DNA from: Octopus vulgaris
Taxonomy: Eukaryota
Assembly: GCA_951406725.2 (NCBI GenBank)
Contig: OX597815.1
Location: 90,892,001-90,956,000 of the forward strand
Length of the DNA: 64,000 nt
Direction: 5' to 3'
The translations under genes and the position numbers were made by a program. This document shows, one piece after another, positions 42,669-56,032 of this stretch. Positions within the stretch are counted from its first letter, which is position 1. Each line of letters opens with the position of its first letter. The notes beneath the pieces are model-generated. The model ran no database searches, had not been told where the DNA came from, and worked only from the letters and a program-made list of their open reading frames with translations.

Positions 42669-43061
42669 AATATTTACCTGCTTTGATTATGGTTAACCTG
42701 AAGAATCGAGAGATTCTAGGTAACGCATTGTATACTTTTATAAATATTACACGTCTATACATTCCTACAGATGTAATGTTACGCCAAAATGTAACATTCA
42801 CTAAAACATTTGTAGACATACTTAAGATACATTCATCTGGTATATTGTTATATTACACTATATTTAAAGTTTTATATAATCTTGGATACTCTTGGATTTA
42901 CAGAATATTAACACCAGTGAACTTCCCTTCATCAACGCATCCTTTGCTAACTGAACGGATTGTTTTATACGTTGATGATTTAGGTCATACTGTGCAACTT
43001 TTATAAGAGGCCTGCTTGACTTTGAGCTGCGTGAGTCTATTCAATAGATCAGCATCAGTTT

Positions 43062-43138
<77 letters not shown>

Positions 43139-43165
43139 TACATATATACATACATATATATATAC

Positions 43166-43237
<72 letters not shown>

Positions 43238-43711
43238 ATATGTATATATATACCACGACAACCAGACAGGATGTTCTTGAAACCAAGGATTTGAAACATA
43301 CGGATACAATATTTACATATCGCCTGAGGAAGCTAAATCTCATTACGCAGGAAAAGTGTTGCATAATCAAGTACTTGCACACCTGCAAAATTTCGATGCG
43401 TCAAAATAATTGTTGTGATTAAAACATAAATATCCAACCGTACCCCTTGTTGACTTCAATTTTTTCAATTATCTATTCACACACGACAGATAACCAAGCG
43501 CAAACATGGAAGTACGTATAATATTACTACTGGAAAGCACAGGGTAAATCTGAAGGCGGACGAGCTCTATGCTGTACTCTACTACGTTCTTTACAGATAT
43601 AACATAATATATATATACATACAGACAGACAGATAGGACACAGGCATACATTATGCTTATACATATGTAAACACACTCACACACACCATATATATGTGTA
43701 TATATATATAT

Positions 43712-43918
43712 AGTTAATCCAAACATGAAAACACAAAGAGAAAACACAAGGCGAGGACGTGGAACAAATATAGTATTATTGGATGCTCAGGAAGGAAGGG
43801 AAGAAGGAGTATTAAACGTTTCGAGCGGAGCTCTTCGTCGGAGACATAGGAGAAGGAAAGATCCAGAGAAGGGAAGACAGAGGGGAAAAAATCGCCAACG
43901 GTACACACGCGGTCACAT
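43712..43918 (-). mobile_element. ~200-bp non-coding repeat carrying a hammerhead-like motif, abutting (TA)n (copies at ~46073-46270, ~47340-47580 plus, ~48467-48630, ~37987-38165)
   Basis: Minus strand CCGACGA-A-GAGC-TCC-GCTC-GAAACGTTT. The shared end tagt(t/c)aatccaaaca..ggacgt.. lies next to microsatellite in several copies. Confidence 0.6.
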
Positions 43919-44016
43919 ATTGTTGAAACTAGTTTGGTATATATGTAAATAAATGTATTTACAACATTTACGAGTTTTTGAAATTTAGGTGCATTTTCAA
44001 CAACACATTTTCCTAC

Positions 44017-44120
<104 letters not shown>

Positions 44121-45342
44121 ATGTATGTATATATAACAAAAGAGAAGATGGTATTTCTACGCAGGAAAAAATATAGGAAAATGTGTTGTTGAAAATGCAC
44201 CTAAATTTCAAAAACTCGTAAATGTTTAAAATACATTTATTTACATATATACCAAACTAGCTTCGACAATATTTTTTGCTTATCAATGGTAAAAGTTTAA
44301 AATTATTTTAAAAAAAAGCATCTTTAAAAGTTTCATTGTTGGCAAATTAAAATGTTTCAATTTTGACAAACTAAAATGGCTTCAATATTGACAAATTACA
44401 ATGTTTTGCGGGAAAAAAATTATAAACCCATCGATGCGCTACAGGCGTACGATACATGATGACGACTACAACGAAATACTAGTTTCAAATTTTGGCACAA
44501 AAACAGCAATTTCATGTAGAGGGTAAGTCGATTACATCGACTTTACTGCTCAACTGGTACTTATTTTATCACCCCTGACAGAACTTATTAGTGGATGAAA
44601 TGCCGCTAAGCATTAGGCCCATCGTGCTAATTATACTGTCAGCTTGTTACCTTAAGACGAAATATTGACATGATGCTATTTTGAAGGTATTACAACATAT
44701 TTGTGATGACATAGTAGAATATCAATATTTACCTGCTTTAAGGCGGCGAGCTGGCAGAAAGGTTCGCACGCCGGGCGAAATGCTTAGTGGTATTTCGTCT
44801 GTCTTTACGTTCTGAGTTCAAATTCCGCCGAGACCGACTTTGTCTGTCATCCTTTCGGGGTCACCAGTTCCGTACTTGAGTCGATCTAATCGACTAGCCC
44901 CCTCCCCCAAAAATTTCGTGCCTTGGGGCCTGGAGTAGAAAAAAATATTTACCTGCTTTGATTATGGTTAACCTGAAGAATCGAGAGATTCTAGGTAACG
45001 CATTGTATACTTTTGTAAATATTACACGTCTATACATTCTTACAGCTATAATGTTACGCCAAAATGTAACTTTCACTAAAACATTTGTAGACATACTTAA
45101 GATACATTCATCTGGTATATTGTTATATTACACTATATTTAAAGTTTTATATAATCTTGGATACTCTTGGATTTACAGGATATTAACACCAGTGAACTTC
45201 CCTTCCCTTCACCAACGCATTCTTCGCTAACTGAACGGAGTGTTTTATGCGTTGATTTACGTCATACTGTACAACTTTTATAAGAGGCCTGCTTAACTTT
45301 GAGCTGCGTGAGTCTATTCAATAGATCAGCATCAGTTTGATA

Positions 45343-45374
<32 letters not shown>

Positions 45375-45435
45375 GTATATATATATATGTATATATATAT
45401 GTATATATATATATGTATATATATATATGTATATA

Positions 45436-45467
<32 letters not shown>

Positions 45468-45498
45468 CATACATATATACATACATATATATATATAC

Positions 45499-45548
<50 letters not shown>

Positions 45549-45917
45549 ATATGTATGTATATATACCACGACAACCAGACAGGATGTTCTTGAAACCAAG
45601 GATTTTAAACATTACGGATACAATATTTACATATCGCCTGAGGAAGCTAAATCTCATTACGCAGGTAAAGTGTTGCATAATCAAGTATTTGCACACCTGC
45701 AAAATTTCGATGCGTCAAAATAACTGTAGTGATTAAAACATAAATATCCAACCGTACCCCTTGTTGACTCCAATTTTTTCAATTATCTATTCACACACGA
45801 CAGATAACCAAGCGCAAACATGGAAGTACGTATCATATTACTACTGGATAGCACAGGGTAAATCTGAAGGTGGACGAGCTCTATGCTGTACTCTACTACG
45901 TTCTTTACAGATATAAC

Positions 45918-45969
<52 letters not shown>

Positions 45970-46038
45970 CAGACAGACAGATAGAACACAGAAATACATT
46001 ATGCTTATACATATGTAAACACACTCACACACACCATA

Positions 46039-46078
<40 letters not shown>

Positions 46079-46374
46079 ATCCAAACATGAAAACACAAAA
46101 AGAAAACACAACAAGGCGAGGACGTGGAACAAAGATAGTATTATTGGATGCCCAGGAAGGAAGGGAAGAAGGACGGTTAAACGTTTCGAGCGGAGCTCTT
46201 CGTCGGAGACATAAGAGAAGGAAAGATCCAGAGAAAGGAAGACAGAGGGGAAAAAATCGCCAACGGTACACTAGTTGAAACTAGTTTGGTATATATGTAA
46301 ATAAATGTATTTAAAGCATTTACGAGTTTTTGAAATTTAGGTGCATTTTCAACAACACGTTTTCCTACACACAC

Positions 46375-46447
<73 letters not shown>

Positions 46448-46480
46448 AGAAGGTGGTATTTCTACGCAGGAAAAAATATA

Positions 46481-47191
46481 GGAAAATGTGTTGTTGAAAT
46501 TGCACCTAAATTTCAAAAACTCGTAAATGTTTAAAATACATTTATTTACATATATACCAAACTAGCTTCGACAATATTTTTTGCTTATCAATGGTAAAAG
46601 TTTAAAATTATAAAAAAAAAAACATCTTTAAATGTTTCAATGTTGGCAAATTAAAATGTTTCAATTTTGACAAACTAAAATGCTTCGATGTTGACAAATT
46701 ACAATGTTTTGCGGGAAAAAAATTATAAACCCATCTGATCCCAAAACATACCACTACAAGCGAAAGCATCTATTAGAAAAGGATGAGTAAAACTGTAAAC
46801 CAAATTCCCATTTTTTTTTTACTATTTTCATTTCACACTTGTTATTTTCAGTATGACTTGCCGACCACCACTAAAACTAATGAACTTTGTACATTCAAAC
46901 AAATTGATATACAGTTTTAATTTTATTGACTGCTTTTAAACATTCAAACTTACGCCTTCTGTTTTGAACATGTTAGTTTATCAACATTGAAACATTTTAG
47001 TTTGTCAACATTGAACCATTTTAATTTGTCAACATTGAAACTTTTAAAAGATGTTCTTTTTCTAATTTTAAACTTTTACCTTGATAAACAAAAAATATTG
47101 TTGAAACTAGTTTGGTATATATGTAAATAAATGTATTTTAAACATTTACGAGTTTTTGAAATTTAGATGCATTTTCAACAGCACATTTTCC
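46481..47191. mobile_element. 711-bp MITE with ~225-bp modular TIRs and TA flanks
   Basis: ta|GGAAAATGTGTTGTTGAAA ... TTTCAACAGCACATTTTCC|ta. The inner part of each TIR holds ~3 copies of a 24-bp unit (tcaacattgaaacattttagtttg). Confidence 0.85.
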
Positions 47192-47271
<80 letters not shown>

Positions 47272-47292
47272 GATATAGATATAGATATATAT

Positions 47293-47338
<46 letters not shown>

Positions 47339-47676
47339 TTCAGAAATATAACCAGATGTGGATGGACGGCGATATTCCTTTTTCGTTCCTCTCTGAACTT
47401 TTCCCTTTCTCCATTCCGACGAAGAGTCATGCTCGCAACGTTAAAAACTCTCGCCTTTCAACGAGCGTCAAACTAATACAATTCCTGTGCACGTCCTCAC
47501 GTTCATTATTTCTCTTTTCATTTTTTTTTTTTACTCTCTTCGATTTTCAATCGTTTTTCTTTTTAATTGTTGGCTGAATTGATATATATGTGTGTGAATG
47601 TGTGTGCGTGTGTGTTTGCGTGAGTGTGTATGTATATATGTATTCATACATATATATATACATATATATATATATG

Positions 47677-47742
<66 letters not shown>

Positions 47743-47925
47743 TATACATATATATATATATATGCACAGGCATGGAATAGGTGCAAGCGTGACATAGACG
47801 CAGGTGTGGTTGTGTGATAAAAAGCTTACTTCCTGATCATATGGTCCGGGTTCAGTCTGAGTGTTGTCTTCTATACTATATCTTCAGGCCAACCAATTTG
47901 GTTGACGGAGACTGAAAGGAGCCAG

Positions 47926-47982
<57 letters not shown>

Positions 47983-48639
47983 TGTCACAAAAGGGAATCT
48001 ATCTTTCTGTCCATTTGTTTCTTGAAAACAGGACGTGCTTTTACGTGTCTCCTTTCATAGCTCTTCCTCCTAGCGTTCATAATATTTTTCTATCGTCTTA
48101 GCTCAACAACCTTCACCGTTTGTTTTTACTGTCTTGTTCTCACTTTCTTGTTACCATTTTCATCCCCCGCAAAAAGTCCCCTAATTTTAATTTGCTTTGC
48201 GGACTGTTTCAACGAAGTCGCGTATTGTCCTTACCTTCGAAAGCGGAGTAGATGAAACGGAGACAACTGATGAAGGGGAATATTCTTTATGTTGCATGTC
48301 TCGTTTCTCTGTTTGTTTGTTTTCTTTTTTGTTGTTCGAAAAAATGTTCGTTTTCTATGTTTTCGTTTCTCATTGTGTTTAACATTTTTTTGATATATAT
48401 ATATGTGTGTGTGTGAATATATATGTATATATATATATGTGTGTGTGTGTGTGTATACATATATATAGTCAATCCAAACAAGAACAAGCAAGAAAAAACC
48501 AACAACGCGCGGACGTACTACAAGTTCTGTGTTAATGGACGCTCATGAAAGGAAAGAAAAGAAAGAGGATTTCACGTTTCGAGCAGAGCTCTTCATTAAA
48601 AATATAGAAAAAAGTTCAAAGAAGAAAGACGTTTTTACT

Positions 48640-48839
48640 ACATTCAGTCATTAGATTGTGGCTATACTATGGCCCTACCTTGACGAATTCTAGTCCAACA
48701 AAATAAACCCAAGTACTTTTTGTAAAAGCCTGATATTTATTCTCGTGTGTTTATGCCTCCACTACGTTTCAGAGACGTAAACATACTAACACTGGTTGTC
48801 GAGCGGTGTTGGGGACAAATGCAAATACACTCACCCACC

Positions 48840-48900
<61 letters not shown>

Positions 48901-49020
48901 GACTGGCTTCTTTCATCTTCAGTTTACAGAATCCGAAATCCAGGTTCTACGCAGCCTGACGGCGGGAACCAGAACAATGCGGTTGTGAAGTAAACTTCTT
49001 TATCACACAGCCATGCTAGG
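48640..49020 (-). mobile_element. SINE family B, full-length diverged copy with expanded central (TA)n
   Basis: Reverse complement of the family B head (..cacacagccatgc) and tail (cagtcattagattgtggc). A plus-strand 5' half lies at 47797-47980. Confidence 0.7.
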
Positions 49021-49022
49021 TC

Positions 49023-49085
<63 letters not shown>

Positions 49086-49526
49086 CATATATTGATTTGG
49101 TAGTGATCTATTGAATAGATGAAAGCAGCTTAAAGTGGACCATGCCACACACACACATATTTTGATATATACGTATGCATGCATTTATGTATGTATGTAT
49201 GTATGTATATATGTATGTATTTATGTATGTATACCTTCACCTGCGTTACAGAATACACAGAATACACAGAGTTTAAACTAGTTTTTCTTACTATTGCTTA
49301 TCCTCTGCTATTCGAAAAGCCCAACATCTCCTCTCCTGAAGCGGAAACTTTTCTACTAGAATTCGAATTCGAAGGTAACAAAATATTATGGAGATGTACT
49401 TGCATAGCAAGTGATTTGATCTGAGATCGTGTGCTGGAACGAAAATAATTACAGCGTGGAAGGTGTTTGTAAGCCATTTAAGAAACACACAAAAGCCGTT
49501 CGATTCACTTCAACATTTAAGTTTAA

Positions 49527-49576
49527 TTTGTCAAATATTTTCGTCGCTATAAGACCGCGACCTGTTCCCTGACAAA
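49527..49576 (-). ncRNA. Type-I hammerhead-like motif with G3:C8 covariation (and U4G)
   Basis: Minus strand TTTGTCA|GGGAACA|G|GTCGC-GGTCTTATA-GCGAC|GAAA-ATA-TT|TGACAAA: 7-bp helix I, 5-bp helix II, palindromic AATATT. Confidence 0.55.
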
Positions 49577-52504
49577 AATCGTGCTGCAAAATATTAGTCT
49601 ACATTATTGAGTTATCCCAATTTTAGAGGCTGAATACTTTCCCAAATTTAACTCTTAATATACTGGTCTAGTCGGTTCTTTAGCAGTAAACAATACCTAA
49701 AATTCAGAACAGAATCGAACTTGTAGCCATGTGTCTGCAAATTAAAGTTCTTGGCCAATCAGCCGTTAATGTGTCTAATGTAGCTTTTATTTTGCTTTTT
49801 GAATGGGTTAATCGCTTGTTTTATATATATCCGATATTTGTTTCATTCATTATCTCTATGTTAATTCATTATGCGACATTTATTAAATACCGTTTATGCT
49901 AAAATGAAGTAATCATTTTCCGAAGCACAGTTGCCCATGGGACTGGCACTTATCTCCGGTTTCCGCAACATTGGGCACTTAATGTTTTCTCTCAATCCTT
50001 TTGACATTCATAAAATGTGTACCGGTAATATACTTAATATACTACAGCCGATTCATTAGATTAAATACTTCTTTGTACTGAGGGAAAATTGATAATTGGC
50101 TTTTTACCCATGAAAGAAACCAACATTTTGATCTCTTTCTTGAGAAATTATGTTCTGTTTATTTACCAAATTTGACAGATTGTATTAGTTGACTACCAAT
50201 GTCTACAAAATTGAATCTTAACTCATAGGATAAGTTGACGTATTTTCTCTCTAACGGACTGCATTGTGCCATAAATAATCAATTTGCACAATTATTACTT
50301 GTAATGCAATGTTTATGTTGTATAAGAAATAAACGTAAGAGTCATTCCTCAATAGTTAATTGAATTGCGTTTCACACCAACTTTCGGCAAATAATACAAA
50401 AATGAGAAAGTTATTGTCTTATACAGCGATAAATTAGTAGAAATGAGGAGAGTTTATTTAAAGCCGTAGTTTGGTCAGTCGATATAATGTACTATCGTCT
50501 GATAAGTCTTTTACACTCACCCACATTGTACAGAATCCGGGATGGTATTCTTGAGCTATAAAATGTGCCACTAGAGTCTAGTTTATCTAATTATAGCTGA
50601 GGTGGATATAAATGCCAACCATATGCAGCTGACGATTACTTTTTTATCTTTTAGTATTATCAAGGATTAGATTTGTAGAATATATCCAGTATTTTCACTA
50701 TACTTTACGTGATAACAGAATCTTCGCCGGGTGCGGGCTGAAGGTACACATATCAAAAGAATTAAGAAGCAGGTAATCTTCCTTCAATTCGAATATTTTT
50801 TATTAGATATTTATGTCGGCTGCCTTGGAAAAGGAATATTTTATGGTTTAGAATAGTTTGGTAAAAATTACTACATGAACTTGCTTCATGTCAGAAATTT
50901 GGTTTTCTTTTTTCCTTCAGTAAATTTGACTTCGGAACGCAAGCTTCACTATAGATTTGAATCAATTTTAAGGATCGTGAATGTGTATGTTGGGATGTAT
51001 TTCAAATGCCACATACAAAATTCTTCGATAAGAAAATGATGATACGCTCATCATTTACAACACCTTTTTTTAAAGTTTTTGTATTTTTTATGGCCTTGTC
51101 ACATTGGGAAAAAGTAATGCCTACAACCTTTCTACTGTCATCGGCACTAATGGAAAAAGAGACGAAAAAACCCAAATCGCATGGGATGCTGTAACAACAA
51201 TCAGTGCATTAGAGAACCAAGGATTACAAATACTAGAAACAGAATAAAGCCCTTCAGGGCCTGTTAAGTTAAAAAGTTATCTGTACAACTAGGAACTTCT
51301 GTTTTGGCGACCACAGTTTTTTTTAGGTTGCTTAATCTTCTTTCCTTATTTTCATGGTTTATTCTAAATGTGTTACTTAATAGAATTTATAATGTTATGT
51401 AATCCTAGATTTTGTGATTATGAAGTCTAAGACAACATTTTCTCATTGAGAAGACCAATTCTTACTTCCTTTAGTGACACCATCAAATTTAATACAGATT
51501 GTTACATTAAAATATTTAATTTGATATAGATCCTTGGCCTCTTTCGCAAGTTATCCCATCACCCAATAATCGTTCACGAAAATGAATCGGCATTGTTTTC
51601 CAGCTCTGGCTATAATTGGAAGACTATGGTTTGCTGATGAGTATGAATAAGATCGAAACATATCCACAGTTGTTTTTGCAGTTCCGAAATCAGACTCACT
51701 CTCTACTGCATGCAATAGTAAATTCATTTCAGTATATAATCACATTTTCCCATTATTAAGGGCATAATTTTATTTGATTAAAATTCCGTACCATTACATC
51801 AAGTATTTTGGCTCCTATTTTACTATTACCAGTAAACACCTCTCATCCCAATGAAAATAATTTCGAAGAATAATGACAAAGAATTTCTTACAGGAAGCTT
51901 TCTCTTCGAATTATATGCAGAATAAAATTTAACTATCACTAAGACAACATGGATGCATAGTTGATCATGTCATTCGTATCAAATTTATTAGATTTTGTTT
52001 AAAGAAAGACCATTATAGAAGACAATATCATAGAAGTGATAACAACAGCTGACAACTGCTTAACTGATTCGTCGAATCAGATCTACAACTGAAATTCAAA
52101 TCAAACGTAAACCAAGAAAACACGAAGGGAAACGTGTCATCGTAAAAAGCATAAAAGCAGAATGTCTGACAAGCGTTGATCTTCCCACGTTCTGCAAGCA
52201 ACTGTGGATGTTAAGAACCGAACAATGCTATCTGCTAAATGCATAAAACCAAAGATTCTGGTCTTCATTGTTATCCTGCTGAAAGGTACAAAGATTACTA
52301 AAATCTCATTTCCATCATTTCATTTTACGACAGAGATCTGTCCATAGCGACCATCTTAAGAAGCGTTGGATTAGTGTAAAAACTATGAAGGAACCTCCCT
52401 ATTATCACCAGTGTTTCGAATACAGCAATTGCGGTTCAAACAGGTACCTAAAAATTCCTTGTACGGTTTCTGTGCTTAATAAGCAAGGCACGTCGAGCAT
52501 CTTG

Positions 52505-53225
52505 TCTTTTGTTTCAGTCAATTAGACTGCAGCCATTCTGGGACACTGGTTTGAAGAATTTTAGTCGAATGAATCAATCCCAGTTTTATTTGTTCCTTTT
52601 TTTATGCCTCTTATTTATTCTATCCGTTACTTTTGCCAAACCGCTAAGTTACTAGGGCGTAAATACACCAACACTGGTTGTCAATCGGTGGTGATGGCAC
52701 AAACACAATGACACACACACAGATTTATAATCATGGCTCAGTGGTTACAGTGTCGGGCTTACAGTCGTAAGGCTGTGAGTTCGATTCTCGAGTCAAGCTG
52801 TGTGTTGTGTTCTTGAACAAGACACTCTATTTCACGCTGCTATTTCACTCAGTTGTAGTAAAGAGATTAGATGTCACTGGTGCCGAGCAGTATCAGCCTT
52901 TGCTTTTCTCTAGGACAAAATCGGTGCCATAGAGAGGAGAATCTCGTATGCATGGGCAACAGCTGGTCTTCCTCAAAACCACCGTACCGGAGACGGATTT
53001 CTAGCTGCAATCACATGGTAATTCATGACCGAAGGGGATCTCATATATATATATATATACGAGGGGGATTCTTTTAGTTTCCGTCTGCCTAGTTCACTTA
53101 CAAGGCTTTGGTAGGCCCGCGGCTACAGTGAAAGACATTTGCCCAAGGTGCTACGAAGTGGTACTCAACCCGGAACCATGTGGTAAGGAAGCAAACTTCT
53201 TATCTCACAGCCACGGCAACGCCTA
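52505..53225. mobile_element. Nested SINEs: plus-strand family A copy (52733-53042) inserted in the central microsatellite of a minus-strand family B copy
   Basis: The family B tail (52505-52720) and head (53060-53225) flank a family A copy with A box catggctcagtggtta and B box gagttcgattc. Confidence 0.78.
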
Positions 53226-53814
53226 CATTTTTTTTCTTCCAGAAGACAACTTTAAGGAAAAGCAACCAAAAAAAACCAACCAATTGATCTTCAAGACCAA
53301 AGATCTGCTCAACTCGGTGCCGTGGTCCATATTATGGAAACTATTCGGGAAATTGGGATATCTTACTGTTTGGCTCACAGATTTTATTTCAAAGCTATGT
53401 GATTGCTGGTCACTTTCATTGCCTGGTTACTCCAGCTTCTCCGTGTTATCAAAATAACCAACAGCTAAAGATTATTTGAAATGTAAATTTGTAATCTGGC
53501 TAGAGTGGGTATAGTTTTCAAAGCAGCTGTCCATAAATATTCTCTCCTTCGCTGATTCTGATAGATTTGTTCATATCAGAAGAGCAGCTGACGTCTATAT
53601 GTGCATATAATGTTGCTCTTCAGTCCCAATTATTCTTCTAATGTTATTTATGTATGTGCAACATATTTATATATGTCTATATTTTATATGGGAGTGGTGT
53701 GCGTGTCAGGTATTATACGTGTGTATGTGTGTGAATACATATAAATGTACAAACATATTATCCGATGTATGATACAAACACATACACACACACATATGAT
53801 ATTGATACATGTTG

Positions 53815-53859
<45 letters not shown>

Positions 53860-54539
53860 AGACAGTGATACAGGGAGAAAATGAGAAAGAAAAAGAAATT
53901 TTTGAATCAAAGATCAAGGAGACCACAAACCAGAAATACAAAGAGAATTCAATATTATATACTTAATAGATAGATACATACATACACACATACATGCATA
54001 CATACATACACACACACATACAAACATACATACATACATACATACATATATACATACATACATACATACACACACATACAAACATACATACATACATACA
54101 TATGTACATACATACATATGTACATACATACATAGATTCAGTCACATCTTTAGCATTTAAACATTTATATATTTTTGGCGTTATTACAATTTCGTTTTAA
54201 TATACAATAAATTCAATCTTTCCCACTTTACTGACCATTTTTATCATATATATATATATAAATACACAAATAATAAAAGCAGCTATATATATGTATATAT
54301 ATATGAATTAGTGAAATAATTTATATATATATATATATGTAAGTTACTGACAATAATTTATATGAATACATCTAAATACATCTACATCATTTCATTTCAT
54401 GTATATTATTTCATGTATATTATTTTATATAACTTACAAAAGCTAATGTTTGAAAATTCACTTTTCTAAAATATCAAAAATGTAATCCTGTTTTTCTTGG
54501 CATACGCAGTTTAGATGACTGTGTATGGCTAAGAATGGC

Positions 54540-55171
54540 CCGAACTGCTGGTTGTATAAACGGTAAAACATTAGCCAGTCTTTCATCGAATCTCTGAATC
54601 ATTCAAGCTGTTAATGAAAGAAGTACGGAGATTGTTGGCAGCTGTTGGGAAATGTGTACGTGTTAGACAGACAGTGGGATACAAGACGTATATAAAGAGG
54701 ATCCACTTTTCTAAAAATAATTTTTCCACGCTCTTTGGAAAGTTAAGAACCCTCCAAAACGTGGGGGCATGTACCACAGTTAGGTCGACCACACCTTTTC
54801 ACTTTTGGTTCTGTTGTAAATGGATATAGTCTTGCGCTGGTTAATATTGTTTTCAATGATTTAGGTTGCATTCTGCTTATGATAATTTTGTGTGAGCTTA
54901 AGATTTTGTTCATTGTTTTATCTCCTGTGAGATTGGGAAGATTTTGGGTGATAATGTTGAAGGCTTCGTTGTTTCTAGGGTTACGTGTAGAGATGTATGG
55001 GAGTATTTTTAAGTCTGTTCCATAGCTCGTTTAATGCCATCATTTAATAATGATATTGGGTAATGTCTTTTAATTAGTATTGATCTGAGTTGAAGGAGTC
55101 TTCGTTCATGAGTACAGGTGTCCGAAACTAATGTACAGATTCTTTTCGCTAGATTATAAGGTATATTAATT
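54540..55171 (-). mobile_element. Penelope-like remnant (RT thumb to endonuclease)
   Basis: Minus strand NIPYNLAKRICTLVSDTCTHERRLLQLRSILIKRHYPISLLNDGIKRAM and IPYISTRNPRNNEAF-like segment, homologous to 5608-5830. Confidence 0.8.
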
Positions 55172-56032
55172 TTTCACGTTCTTGAAGCCTTGATGCCAGA
55201 AACTCACTTTTCTCTTTGGTTAAATAAAGATCCCTGCACAAGTCATTTAGAGCCTCTTGAGGAAATGGTATTGGTTTATTCTTGCTTTCTGGATCATTGG
55301 GCTCCACACATTCACCACTGGAATGTTCATTAGCACTGTATTTCTTGATCTGGAGGTTTGGGCACTGGTAAATTTTCTGAGTGCTCTACTGGGTGCATTG
55401 CTGATTGCAAATTTGTGTAAACGATGTGTTTTTTTCTTTGCTGTAGTACAGCCTGTAAAGTCGCGGTGACAGAAATAGCAATAATTTGAATGATCTTTCT
55501 GCTCAAGCCAAAACATTGGCACACCAAACTTCATGTGAACATTTCTTCCTGCATACCAGGTTCTCAATGTCTTCACACATGTAAGGCAACACACATGAGG
55601 AGCCCATGACTTATCCTGGTCTCCTAAGTAACAATCGAAGTATACCTTGTGTATTTCCTTAATACTACGCTTTTCTTTAGCAAACGTTAATTCCCCACAG
55701 ATATAACAGAATCTGTTTGGACCATTTTTGCACTGTCTTGCACTCATTGTTGAAAACAAATAAGATCTGAAAGATAAGGAATAACATTAAACACAAGCTT
55801 TGAATCACATTGTAGGTGTTATTAAGATTGGTCTCTAGCCCTGGGTTGAAACCCATTTTACAATGCGGTTGATAATTTTATTTAATAATAATGACAGAAT
55901 GGGTATACAGTGACAATTCTGTAGAAACCATGCCTAATTCAGCAAAAAGAAGGCCAGAAATAGATTTCCCATGTCATTTTGCATATAAAAATGACCACAG
56001 ATCTCTTGTACTTTTTTTAGTGTTGCACAGTG
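55172..56032 (-). mobile_element. 5' part of a Chapaev3 (CMC)-like DNA transposon
   Basis: The terminus CACTGTGCAACAC lies at 56032. The ORF reads CKNGPNRFCYICG..YFDCYLGDQDKSWAPHVCC..C..FGVPMFW.EQKDHSN.CYFC, then frameshifted LNDLCRDLYLTKEKSEFLASRLQER. Confidence 0.75.

Noticed and set aside
46981-47045. 24-bp direct repeats as a CRISPR-like array
   Set aside because: The repeats are contiguous with no unique spacers, lie inside a MITE TIR and occur in eukaryotic context.
48235-48303. CTGATGA flanked by gagaca/tgtctc as a hammerhead
   Set aside because: No GAAA in the correct position after stem II, and the alternative type-II parse lacks helices I and III.
49925-50060. gcacttatctccggtttcc segment as an ancient SINE tail
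   Set aside because: Too short and degenerate to support without a database alignment.
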